A stretch of DNA of 63,619 nucleotides, counting the filler, from Collodictyon triciliatum (lineage: Eukaryota), in NCBI GenBank assembly GCA_043381765.1. It is 7 parts of 7 records of this genome, joined end to end, with 100 filler letters (N's around TTAATTAATTAA, not from the genome) between each part and the next. Parts side by side here need not be neighbours in the genome. Positions count along the whole stretch, not along the records: positions 39,627 to 49,438 come from JBHJMP010002888.1; positions 49,539 to 59,342 come from JBHJMP010002889.1; 5 more parts are not named here. One strand, given 5' to 3'. The notes beneath the pieces were generated by a model. It worked only from the letters and a program-made list of their open reading frames with translations, had not been told where the DNA came from and did not search any database. How positions within the stretch are numbered: the first letter of the stretch is position 1; the number at the start of each line of letters is the position of its first letter. Below are positions 45,435-57,696 of the stretch, piece by piece. A program made the translations under genes and the position numbers.

Positions 45435-48400
45435 ATGTTTCGCGGAAAGGCGGGCGACAGTTCCGATGCGCGTTCGGGCCGATCGAAGGACAACAAAGGA
45501 AGCAAAGCAGGATCTGCGGCTGACTCAGACGCATCCAAGAGAAAAGAAGCGGCGGCTGACGGGAATGATGCAGACGAAGGAGGCGATGCGGAGGACGAAT
45601 TGGTGGAGGACATAGTGCAGCTTGTGGATGGCGACTACAGTGTGCAGGTTCACTTGCTCGAGGCTCGTGATTTAAAGCCCAGGTTGGCTCTATTTATGTC
45701 TCAGTCTTTTTCTCTTTTTCTCTTTTTCTCTTCTTTTTAATTTTCTCTTTCTTTGCTCTTTGTTTTCTTATTAATTTTTTTGTCTATTTTTTATGCTTTT
45801 TTGCTCAAAATATTTCATTTTTCTTTTCTTTTTGACTTATACAAGATGGTATGCTTGTTACTTTGTTGACTTATTCATTTATTATTACTAAAAAAACAAT
45901 TTCATAAAATAAAACACATAGAGATATGTCGGGAACGTCGGATCCGATATGCCAAGTGGAAGCCTTCGGTACAAAATACGTCACAAAAGTGAAAAAGAAA
46001 ACCCTCAGTTGTGTGTGGGACCAGACCTTTTTTTACGAAAAACGAGGAGCAAAGGTATTGATTAACTGGCTTTTGTGTATGTGAAGAATTGTCGATAAAG
46101 CTCATATAGAAAAGTGGATAATTACTCATGAGTCGGTTATTATTCTTATTCTTATTATGATTCTTATTCTTATTCTTATTATTATTCTTATTATTATTCT
46201 TATTATTATTCTTATTATTATTCTTATTATTATTCTTATTATTATTCTTATTATTATTCTTATTATTATTCTTATTCTACCTGTGATAGGTTATGGACAT
46301 AGAATGCGCAAAGATAAACGTGTCAGTTTTTGATCATAATGCAATTGGAAGAAATCAATTGATTGGTTCGTATGAACTTGGGATGGGATATGTATACCGT
46401 CAGCCAAATCATGAATTGTGGATGGTTTGGGTCCCTCTAACTGATGTCACAGACAAAAATGAAGGAGTTCAGGTATGACCGAGGGAAATGCTCATTTTAT
46501 TAATTTACATAGATAGATATTTGTAAACAAAGGTTATCCGCAAATAAATTTTAATGTTTGTGCCCGATTATGCAAAAGCGGAGTTGAAGTTTAGAAATTT
46601 CCTTTAAAATATTGACAGGGATATGTAAAATTGTCTGTTGTTGTATTGGGTCCAAATGATGAGATGGTGATTCATACCGAGGAGGAAATCAGAGAACGAG
46701 AAGGCAACCAAAAAGTACTATTGCATGTTCTCCCATCATTACTATATTCTAATGTAATATGATGTATTATATTTAAGAGGTTTCTTTTGAAATGGGCATG
46801 GATAGATTATCATGTCTCCAAAGATTAAGCAAGAAGGCCATTTATTGATGGTTGTCTGCTACAAAGCCGAGTCTCTCCCAAAATTTGATAAATGTATAAG
46901 TTATCTTCATTTTTTGGCACATTCCCATGACATATTGTTTTTATCCTTATATTTATTTGCCCATGAAAAAATTACTAATCCATAAAATAATGTTCACAAG
47001 TTGGAAAAAGCGATCCATTTATATCCGTGCTGTTTGCTGGAAATCCGCCATGCAAAACATCCACAAAAGGTTTTTGCACTTTTTTTCATATTTTCGGCTT
47101 AAACCACATTGTTTTGATTATTTCATTTATTCCTGAGATGGTTTCTCCGTGCAACTCTGATTCTTTTTGGGCGAGTCAAAAGGAAACCCATATTAATGAG
47201 GATATGATGAACTATATCTTCTTTTTTTGTAGAAAAATCTCTAAATCCCGTATGGAACGAAAGGCTAGAAGTTCCTGTCATGCTTCCAATTATGACTGAT
47301 ATGATTGAAATCATACTTTGGGACAGAGAGAAAGTTGGGGCCAATCGCAGAATGGCCACTCTCATCGTTCCATATTCGTCCATTCCGAAGGGAAAAAAGG
47401 GTGATGACGACCGGCAGGAGAAAGCCAAGCCTCGTTGGTATACCCTATATGGTACCTTGTTATTCATCTCATTCTACTTAATATATAACTAAAATCATGT
47501 TAATTGATTAAACCCATTCCCTATTACAGGACCACCGCTGGGCTATTCTGGGAAAGAAGTTGACGACGTCAGAAATGGAAGGTCGGATGGAACCTGCTAT
47601 TACGGAAGACTGCAGCTGAAATTATATGACATTCAAAAGGATGACCCTGAAGTATATCTTATCAAAAGATTTGAATTCTTATCGTCATACGCTCATTTTT
47701 CACCTGAATTCCACAAAGAAGCAAAGTCTTTTAAACTATTTTGTTTATAAATATGACAGAGAACTGTCACCAAGATTGATGTACCTTTGGCTGACTTGAG
47801 ACTGAAGTCAGTGGAATATTTTGTTACATTAGATATATATGATATCGTAGAGTTGCCTTTTGAAGGAGACAAAGTTCACGTAGGGAATTCTTTTGTATAT
47901 GCATGAGTTTACATGCCATTAATTTAATGATAATCCAGTATGTAAGATATCATACTTTCAGTTATGTGTCCTTTATTCTCTTGAGAATATTTGCCCCGTT
48001 TTTTTTTTTTTCATGGTTTTTTTTGAAAAAAAAAAGTTAACGTTGTATTATCCGATTCGAATTTAGGTTGTTTTAAGCTGGGGAGAGCAGCAAATGAAGA
48101 GCGAGACATCTGTTGTCCGAGTAAAGATTTGCTGTCGATTTATGAATTGTAATGATATCCTGTTTAAATTGATTTTTCTTTTTTCCTCTTTTTGTTATTC
48201 TTCTATAACCGAGTTCACATTCTAGAATGGAAAGGCTGTGATTGGTTCCGCCTTCCCAACGATGAAAGCTGATTATCCTGCTGACCCTACTGAATGCCCT
48301 GACATATTTATCTATATCGAAAAGGTTTGAAACATGAAAGTCTCTCAAAAAAAGGACAGGAAGAAGATCTCTACATATGTATGGATACTTCATCCTAATG

Positions 48401-49214
48401 ATATTGTGTGATGATATTCCGCTAGGTCGACATTTTTGAAAATACACTGAGACTGGCATACATTCGTTTCAAAGTAATCGCTCATATGTAACAAGTTGCT
48501 ACATTTTAATTCAAAGACTTTTTTCCTTTTTTTTTAAAAAAAAAATGGATATTGCTTGATTTGGTCAATTATTGAAGAACTATTCTTTTCGAAGGTCGCA
48601 AGTCTGCTTGATTCTTCTGATGGTCCTGATTGGCACCCTCTTAAGGAGGATAAAGTATTTTTATTTCTCTAGATATTGTGCTTAATAGATCTGCTGCGCA
48701 GATATGTATACATGACCTTTTTGATTTTCATATTATTTTATGCATATTTTCCTGAATATTACTAACATAGGTCGTCAATGCTATTCCCATAGGAGAGTAC
48801 CCCGGCAGCGCCTTGATGAAGTAACTATTAATATTTTTCTTTAGTTGCCAAAAAGGTGCTTCAGAACGATTAAAAACCTGTCGTATCAGAATCAACGGAG
48901 GGAAATCAAATGGATTTGTGAAGAGAACGCGGCTAATACCTTGGAAATTGAGGTCATACCTTGTTCGAGCAAACTTTTATCAGGTGATCTAATTACCCAT
49001 TATTAATTGGAATATAGATGCTCTTTTGGCTTCCAATGACTATTTGTAACTGGCACTGTTCTTATCTAAATTTAAATACTGTAATTCATGCATCAAAGGG
49101 ACGAAATCTTCTGGCAGCCGACGAAGATGGCACATCTGACCCATTTATAGTCATGAAAGTAAGCGGCCAAAAATACAACACAAAAACAAGATCGGACACA
49201 TTGTTTCCCATTTG
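45435..49214 (+). CDS. Ferlin-family multi-C2-domain protein, 5' part (cut by scaffold end)
   Basis: YSVQVHLLEARDLKPR|DMSGTSDPICQVE, LIGSYELGMGYVYRQPNHELWMVWVPLTD..GVQ|GYVKLSVVVLGPND, KAESLPKFD, PRWYTLYG|PP..EGTCYYGRL-like segment, YLVRANFYQ|GRNLLAADEDGTSDPF. Confidence 0.9.
46137..46277. repeat. (TTATTATTC)n-type minisatellite in a ferlin intron
   Basis: Direct reading. Confidence 0.9.
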
Positions 49215-50805
49215 GTGAGATTTTTTGACCTAATTTTTTCTTTTATCTCTTTTTTTCTCTTTTTTTCTCTTTTTTTTCTCTTTTTTCTCTCTTTTTTCTC
49301 TTTTTTTCTCTTTTTTTCTCTTTTTTTCTCTTTTTTCTCTTTTTTTCTCTTTTTTTCTCTTTTTTCTCTTTTTTCTCTTTTTTCTCTTTTTTCTCTTTTT
49401 TCTCTTTTTTCTCTTTTTTCTCTTTTTTCTCTTTTTTCNNNNNNNNNNNNNNNNNNNNNNNNNNNNNNNNNNNNNNNNNNNNTTAATTAATTAANNNNNN
49501 NNNNNNNNNNNNNNNNNNNNNNNNNNNNNNNNNNNNNNTTTTTCGTTTTTTGTTTTTCGTTTTTTGTTTTTCGTTTTTTGTTTTTCGTTTTTTTTTTTTC
49601 GTTTTTTGTTTTTCGTTTTTTATTTTTTCGTTTTTCGTTTTATTGTTTTTTTGTTACATACGTCCTGGGGTGATCTCTTCACTCCCCCTTCATTTTTTAA
49701 ATAAAAATAAAGAAAATGAATGATATAACTAGAAGAGTAGTTGCAGCCCACGGTGCTTGTTTTGTGTGAAGGAGTTGCCTGAGGGACAGCTTTCAAACAC
49801 CATGATGAAGGAGCAGAAGGTGACTCCGCAGCACTGGCGCGAACGAATAGATGAAGGGACTGATGTTGAGGAAAACTACTTGCACACAACGATGAGATCT
49901 AAAGTTTGTGTTCAACTTCTATTTGATAAAGAACCCTTTTGTTTTTTGGTTCCTGGGGTGTGTGGAGTGACTGGGCTTGCTTGTCATGAGTCAATTTTCT
50001 AGCAGAGGTCTCGTTCGGCGGACGATGCGGCAGAAGTCCTCTGCAAAAAGAGTAATGGCAATATATGCGAAAAATAGACAAGCGTGTTTTCTCATATTGC
50101 AATTTTTGAAATAGTGTGTGTATGTGTTACTGTTTTTAGAAGAAAAAAAGCAAGTAAATAGAAGCATCGTTTCTCTAGATGAGACCCTAGATTATAAAAG
50201 AACGAATGCATATCCCAAAAGAACACCAAGTTTTTCTTGGACACAGGGAATAAGGTGATTTTCTAAAATAATAATTATAATTATGATTGTCCTGCGCAAC
50301 TTTCGAGGTAATAAAAAAATTACCCAACCCCAATTAATATGTAAATTCCATATTTTCACTACAATTTGACAGAAGCCCCAAAAAGTTTAAACAAAACCAA
50401 TACGGAGCATATAGTCACAGAACTATAGGCACTGAGGGGTTTACTGTGACAATTTTGCTTTTACTTGCCTATTTGTCTCTATCAGTGTCGTCAGAGAAGT
50501 AAAGCTTTCAAAGGAAAAAAAGCATGAGTTGTATTATTTATCCCATGGATTAACCGTAATCAGTAGGTACGAGCTCACGGATGGCTGTGGTTACACACGC
50601 TCGGAGTTGATATCGATGGACATGAAGGATGCATTCAAAATACTTCTTAACTTACACCATGATATATGTGTGACATCTACAGTCAGTCATGAAACAAGTA
50701 ATTGAATGCAATCGTAAATTATATACTTGGTTTCAATAATACATTTCTTGGTCACGTTTTTGTATTTCTTCGGTAATGAACCTACTTAATCATTGATTTT
50801 GGATC

Positions 50806-53800
50806 ATGAAAATTGCGCAATATTATAAAAAAAATTGATTCTACACATTCCTTGTGTCATTATATATGTACCTACCGATGAAAGAGTCCATTGAAAAAAA
50901 AACTAGTGGGATCACCGGAGATAGTAATTCTTCACACGAATATGACCTCCTTGTAAGTCTCTATGAAACTCTCAATGGAGATAACTGGTTCGATAATTCT
51001 GGATGGAAAAACGAAAGCTTAGGAGTTTGCTCTTGGTTTGGGGTGCAATGCCACCCTGGATGCTCAACTGAAGATATGGAGGTTTGATTTGAGATTATAT
51101 ATTTAAAAATTTTTTAATGTCACCCTCACAAGACCAGCCTCTGACGTCTTAGTGCATAACGCCATCTAATTTTATGATTTTGCTGATTTTTCACATTTTT
51201 TTGATAGAGAAATTCATGTGCGGTTACAAACATATCTCTGCAAAATAACAACCTTTCTGGAGACATTGAGAAAGCATCTGAGATTTTCAGCAAATTTAAT
51301 TATCTAATGTCGCTAGACCTTAGTTATAACTCCATCTATGGATTTCTTCCTGATATCAATCTAGCATCTATGGAATATTTAGATCTTCATTTGAATGAAA
51401 TATTTGGAACAATACATGATTTCCAAAGAATACCGAATATCAGGCACCTAAAATTAGATGGCAATCCGCTTAGCGGAACAGTACCTGACTTCTCTGGAAT
51501 TCCGTCAACATCCTATATTTTGATCGGACAAAGCGGACTCATCAGAGGTTTGATTGGGTTAAAAGTCTATGTGTAATAGAAATTTGAATAGCAAGGTACT
51601 ATTTTACATATAAATACATATGGCCGTAGGTACGTTGCCAAATTTTTCTGGTATGCCGATCGCAAGAACTGTCGGAGTCTATGGAGCCGACCTTTTTGGT
51701 AGTGTATTGATAATTCAACATTATGAACGTACCCACATTTCAAAGTCTTGTTTTACGTACTAGGCAGTGTGCCCAATTTCAGCCATATGAAACTTGTCTA
51801 CGATTTATATTTATCCGGGAATAGATTTAGCGGTAATATATATAAAAGTTATCATCGTGTCATCTCTCTATTAGTTGTATTATTTTTTCACGGTATTGTC
51901 ATTTGTTTAGGGTCTCTACCTGACTTCAACAATATCTCAAATGTTGCGTTCATATTTCTCTCAAACAACAATTTGGTTGGTATGTCTTTTTTTTTTTTGT
52001 TGTTGTTGTTATTGTTGTTGTTGAATTATATATTTAAATAGGATATTTAATATTCATTTCGCTTCACTTCTATCACGATGTTATCACAATCATATTATCT
52101 TAGTCTATTACACGACTTGAGTGGTTGTGTGGCCACAAATTCATAAAAAAATTTTTATTACCATCTAATCATACAAACAAAAATTCCCAAGGAACTCTTC
52201 CTGATTTTACTTTCATCCCCAACATTGAAGTCCTCGCCCTTTATGACAATCAAGTGTTAGGTTCGAATAATTTTTAGAGCATAGTTTCATTTTTTTCCTT
52301 CATGATTGGGAATGGTGTCAGTTTCTCTTGTGGCAGTCTTTCAAAAAAGTCACATTTTTCTTAGTATTATGTAATTGAGTAATCAACCATATTTATCAAA
52401 CGCATACGTAGGGTCTCTGGTAGACTTTGTATTTACCCCCAAAATTTCTACGCTCGTTCTTTCGATTAATCAATTGAACGGTAATTTTTTTTCATAATTA
52501 TATATTATTTATACTATCCCGTGTATTTTTATCATACTCTTGGTGTGATTCTCCATTTAAAAAAATGTATAGCTGCATTAATTTGAAGGAATTCTTCCAG
52601 GTAGTATACCCGATTTCGAGAATCTTCCTATTTTACAAGTTTTACATATATCCAACAATAAGCTGTCTGGTAAGACCATTGGCTTTGATGAAATTCAATC
52701 TGTTGATAGAAATTATCCAATTAAAATAACGTTTCATAAAAAGGATCTATCCCTGAGTTTTCAAATCTGAGGTTTTTGTATAGATTGGATGTGTCCAGAA
52801 ATAATCTAATAGGTATTTTGACCGCACATAAATATTGCATCTCTAAAATACTAAAGTGTAATACTGATCACAATAGGTGAACTTCCCTTGCTCTCACAAT
52901 GCGGGTATCTGACACATTTACATTGCTACAGTAACAGAATTTTTGGAACTATCCCAAACTTTACCGACTTGAAGGAAATCGAGGAAGTTATAATGTTTAG
53001 AAACCAACTGTCTGGATCACTACCCATGTTAGAGCTACCTAGACTGAAGGTTTTTGATGTAAGCGATAATATGATATCCGGGGTCATTCCATTTAATTGG
53101 AATATATTATCTATCCAACATCTTGATCTATCAAGAAATAACTTGACAGGGATAATTCCTCTATACTTTCCAAATTTATTCAAGCTTGAGTCCCTCATTC
53201 TCTCCCACAACAATTTTTTTGGAAAAATTCCTTTAGAGTTTTGGAATTTGCCTGAACTGAGATCTATCGACCTAAAGAACAATTCATATTCAGAGGATAT
53301 CGGCGTATTCCTGAATCCGGGTATCGAAAGCTATAATTTTAAGTATGAGAATATTATAATGGACAATAATCACTTCTATGGCAAATTGGATTGGCTGATT
53401 TTTGATTTCGTACCAAATATTAAAGTCCTTAGTTTACGAAATAATCAAATAACAACTCTTGGTGATGTTACAAACCTCCTCAACTGGAAACGAATAGACC
53501 TAACGGGAAATCCCGTGATTGGTAGCATTCCAGAGTCTTATAGTCGATTTATTAAATTGGAATATTTGGGGCTCAAAAACACATCGATGAACCACGGTCA
53601 TGCCAACTTCTTGCCTGATTTTATGAGATACACAAATCCATTTAATTTACAAGACAAAAATAAGTCCTTTATTTGCCCTTCCATAGTCTCAGTTGTGGGA
53701 GCGAATGAAATAGATACTGATTTAGATTCAACCTACTATAACCATACATTTTGTCAATGTCTACCCAACTATTTTGGATTTGGAGAGAAATGTATTCAAT

Positions 53801-55518
53801 GCTCTAGGGAATGTGATTGTTTAGATGGAATTTCATTAAAAAAATGTCATGCTTCTCCTAATGTAATCGACATAAAAAGTATTATCTCCTGTCCGAGACC
53901 AGAATCATGTAACACTATTATTCCAGAAAAGACATCTAATACAAAAAGTATAATGGTTATTTCGAAATATTGCAAAAATGGATATGAAGAACGTGGCTGT
54001 TCAAAGTGCCAGCATGGTTACGGGAGGCAGGGAAGGTCTTGCGTGGAATGCTCTGAACCAACTGTTTATTCAACGATTGTACTTGGGACAATAGGGCTTA
54101 TTTTACTCATTTTTTATCTTTACTACACAGAAACATCCTCTTCAGGTATGTCCTTTTGTTATATATAAAAACATTAATCAAATCATACTTTAGACGTTAT
54201 TAGAAAAAATAATGCGCATACATTTTGAGGCGAAAAAATAGCTGAATTACATGCGAATAGATTATATATAACTGAAATCATCAAATAAAAACTAGGAAAA
54301 CTTCGAATTATGCTGTTTCACATGCAATCATTGTCAATAATTTCGTCTTCTCTAAACCAATCGGACGATACCAACAAATTTGCGGATATTTCTTCGTCAT
54401 TGGGCTCTATCCAATTACCCAATGGTTCATGTATTCTTGGTTCGTCAGATCTTTTTGATTTACTAATTTTCAGCTTCGGGCGAATTCCAATTATCGTATT
54501 GGTTGGATGGGTGGTGTATGCAAAAGGTTCAAGACATATAAAAAATAAGGTATTTTAGTCACATGGTAATTTATGGAATGCCTTTGTATCATCAATCTTA
54601 AGAATATCACAGCTAAATGATATTTTTACATATTAGGTTGTTTTCATCACTCTCAATATGCTTTTTTTGATCTATTATTCAATTGTAAGTGAAGTTTTGG
54701 GTGTTTTTGGATGTACTGTTCATGATGAAGGGCAAGAAAAATGGTATTTAAATTTTGGACCCTGGCTTGAGTGCAGCACAAAATCCCAAGAATACATGAA
54801 GATGGTGTGGTTGTCGTTGCCTGTCTTTATAATTTTTGTTATTGGGCTCCCTATCTATATTTGGTTCAAAATCAATCACGTAAGTGGATACTCAGACTAC
54901 GAATATGAAGCCCGATTTGGATTTTTGTATCTACCGTACAAGCAGGTGCGATTTTGTTGTATATTTGCGTCCGTCATGAAATTACGCTATCAAGTATATT
55001 TACTCATTCCTTTTTTTATAAAACCGAGTAGGATTACAGAAACTGGGAGTTTATTATAATTCTTCGAAGGATAGGGTTTTCTTTCGCAAATAGTATCATC
55101 CCATACACATATCCTTCTGTTTTCTTCCTCGCCATTATCGTTATAATCCAGGTATGTCTATTACTTTGCTGTTTTCAACCAGTTTGTATCAGTCTTTATT
55201 GTAACACCGCGGCCTTTTGTCCTTATATAGACGTCCATATGGGTTCAAGTGAATTGCAATCCTTACAAGAACTCGTTGGAGAATCAAATGGAAATGTCAA
55301 GTCTATATGTGATGTTTTTTTCCTTCTTTATAGCTCTTTTGTCAAGTTTACTTGGCGAACAGGAATGGATAACTGTCCTTTTTATATCAATGAACGCTAT
55401 ATGGATTCTTATATCATTCATCCTCATTTTTTTGATCCCCTTCCTTCGAAATCACAATTTTAAAAGAATATTAATTGAAATGAAAAGAGGCAAGAATTAT
55501 GATTCATACTTGGAGTAA
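50806..55518 (+). CDS. LRR / Cys-rich / TRP-like multipass membrane receptor, 14 exons including seven 69-bp single-LRR exons; in-frame TGA at 50836 in the putative signal region
   Basis: LRRNT cap LVSLYETLNGDNW..W..VCSWFGVQC and plant-type LRRs (LxLxxNxLSGxIP). Exons: to 51081, 51208-51547, seven 69-bp exons, 52877-54145, 54296-54549, 54637-54945, 55032-55151, 55231-55518. Cys-rich CQCLPNYFG..CKNGYEERGCSKCQHGY; TM region RFGFLYLPY..WEFIIILRR..NPYKNSLEN. Confidence 0.9.
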
Positions 55519-55729
55519 AATCCTGGCATCGCCCTAATTTTGGATTTTCTGGAATCCCTACTTTTAAAAAATATATAATAAAATAATACACGCACTCTTT
55601 TCTTCAAAAAAGTATAATATGAATGATGAATGATAAAGAAATAGGCACGAAAAAATGAATAAATCATATGTGTGATTTGCATTGTTCTTGTGCAAGGTAT
55701 CGATAGCATATGTATTTGTATCTAAAAGT

Positions 55730-57081
55730 CGAACCTCGGTGCAAGCCGCGACCTGTCGAAGGCTTTGCAAGTTGCAGCCAGTTCTTCTGGTTCCAACGCT
55801 GGTGCGGAAAACTTGAGTTCCACGTAAGTCCAGGAAGACCCGTGCAAGGAAGCCGCTTGCAAGTCTGTCTGAGCGGACAGTATTTTTGCACGGGGTCGAG
55901 CAAGTCGTATACAACAAGAACAAGTCCCGCAGGCTAACAGATGCGCTCGCCTCCTTCTTGAAAGCGAACAAACTTTGGGAAGAGTCCATCCAATTGCGAT
56001 TACCGGACAGCGAAGGCCTTTGCCTGATTGCCTTCCTCACTGCAGAGAACGCCTGAAAGCTTCTGGAGCTGAAGCAGGTAAGATTGGGCGATATCATAAC
56101 CAGCTTCAGCAGATGTAAACCAACAGAGACCTCGGTGATGCTCTACCAACTACCGCTGGACGTGTGGCCGCAACTCCTTCGTGAGGAGCTGAAGCTGTTC
56201 AGACCGACCCACGTGGACATCAAAAGGACAAAGGCTTCTTCACAGACACAGCCGTGGTGAAGCTTCTTTGTCACAAGAACCAGCTCCCTGCAAAGTTTAC
56301 GGTCACGGGTAAGAAGTGTCCAAAGCGCATCCTCAAAGAGTGTCCGCCAGCCGCGAACAACGAACGACAAGTAAAAGCCCCGCAAAAGAATACACCTGCC
56401 AAGCAGACAAGCAGCAACGGGGCCAAGGAAGCCAAAGCCAGGCAACAACAGAGTCCGCAAGACTCACAGCAGATACGCGCATACAGTAGCAGTGACGGTG
56501 ACATGGAAGGAAATCTCGGTTCCTCTTCAGAATCCTCGCACTCGAGCCCTTCATCGCCAACACCGGACACGCCCGCACATCGCAAGACCCAAGAGCAGCG
56601 CATCTCCAAACCCCGAAAGAAATACCCCTTAAACTACCCATTCAGACTGACGTGAATATGGTTAACATAGGAAGCCTCAAGGCAGTCTTCGTTACTTATC
56701 CGAAAGGATACTCCAAAGCGAAGCCAACACAAGAACAAGCACCCACCAAAGATAGTCCGTTTATCCTGTCCCAGCCCGCCGCACCGAGAACCAAGGAGCA
56801 AGAGCAGACAGAAGTCGAATCCAAGCTTAGAAACTCCACACACCAAAGACAGTTCGAGCATGCAGGAGTGTATGTTTCTAAAATCACAAACGCGTATCCA
56901 TACTCCAGTTAAGCAAAGTCCACTGCCGGCTACGCATGGTTCCGAAACCAGGGGACGGTCAAGCGTCACTTCCGATAATACCAGACAAACAACGATGTTT
57001 CTCTTTTTGTCAGTGTCGCCCAGCAAGAAACGCAAGGAAAGTGACCCGCTGTCCCCTCAAAAGACTCATCTTGTGGAATGA
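55730..57081 (+). mobile_element. Decayed non-LTR retrotransposon ORF1 (L1/Tx1-like) relic; no ORF2 seen
   Basis: GC-rich, intronless. Reads ..LIAFLTAENA*KLLELKQV..TSVMLYQLPLDVWPQLLREELKLF../GFFTDTAVVKL..QLPAKFTVTGK followed by a disordered tail ending KRKESDPLSP. Stop at 56054 and frameshifts at ~56230 and beyond. Confidence 0.5.
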
Positions 57082-57696
57082 AATAGGATGTAAACCTTGT
57101 CTGAGATAGATGGTTGAAAGGACTCGTCGGAATCGATTTGAGAAGTAACAGCCATGTGGGGTGCTCTCATTGACCCGACAACTATATCTGCTCTTCTGTC
57201 AGTCTCGAACACAACCAGAAACCGCGTTGGAGCTGATTCACCTCGGGCAGAATAGTCTGCGTGTGAGAACGCTTCCTTTTATATCTTGTTTTTTCTCTTT
57301 TCATTTCCTTCCAAAACAAAAAAACTCCAACCACACAATCCGGGGTTTTCCACTGTCTCGTCCAGAACTCATTTTTGTCCTAGAGGCGAAGGCAGTTTCC
57401 TCGGCTTTGTTTTCTTCGAACTCATCATAAGCATAGAAACGAATGAAGAAGGATACTCCAGAGCCCTTATCACACAGCTCGGCACACCACACCATTCGCT
57501 CTCCACAACTTGTCATCCGAAAGTCACAGACATCAATAAATGCGCCCACACTCGAAAGTGTAGACAAATAACACAATAACCAGGCAGAAACATACAAAAC
57601 CAAAAAGCAAAGAGCGGATTTTACTGAGTCGTTTTCACGCCAGCGCGAACCACAACAAAAACCAACCAAAGCGCCACAACCCAAACACACAGGCCC

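Noticed and set aside
49745-50078. Two possible terminal exons (PRCLFCVKELPEG.., QRSRSADD..)
   Set aside because: Plausible splice signals, but short, at a scaffold edge and with no recognisable family; not enough support to call.
31911-50838. Alternative genetic code (stop reassignment) explaining the in-frame TAA/TAG/TGA
   Set aside because: All three codons terminate conserved genes here (RING TAG, FERM TAA, CK2 beta TGA). None appears inside the conserved exons I translated, and the disrupted genes also carry frameshifts or splice-site decay.
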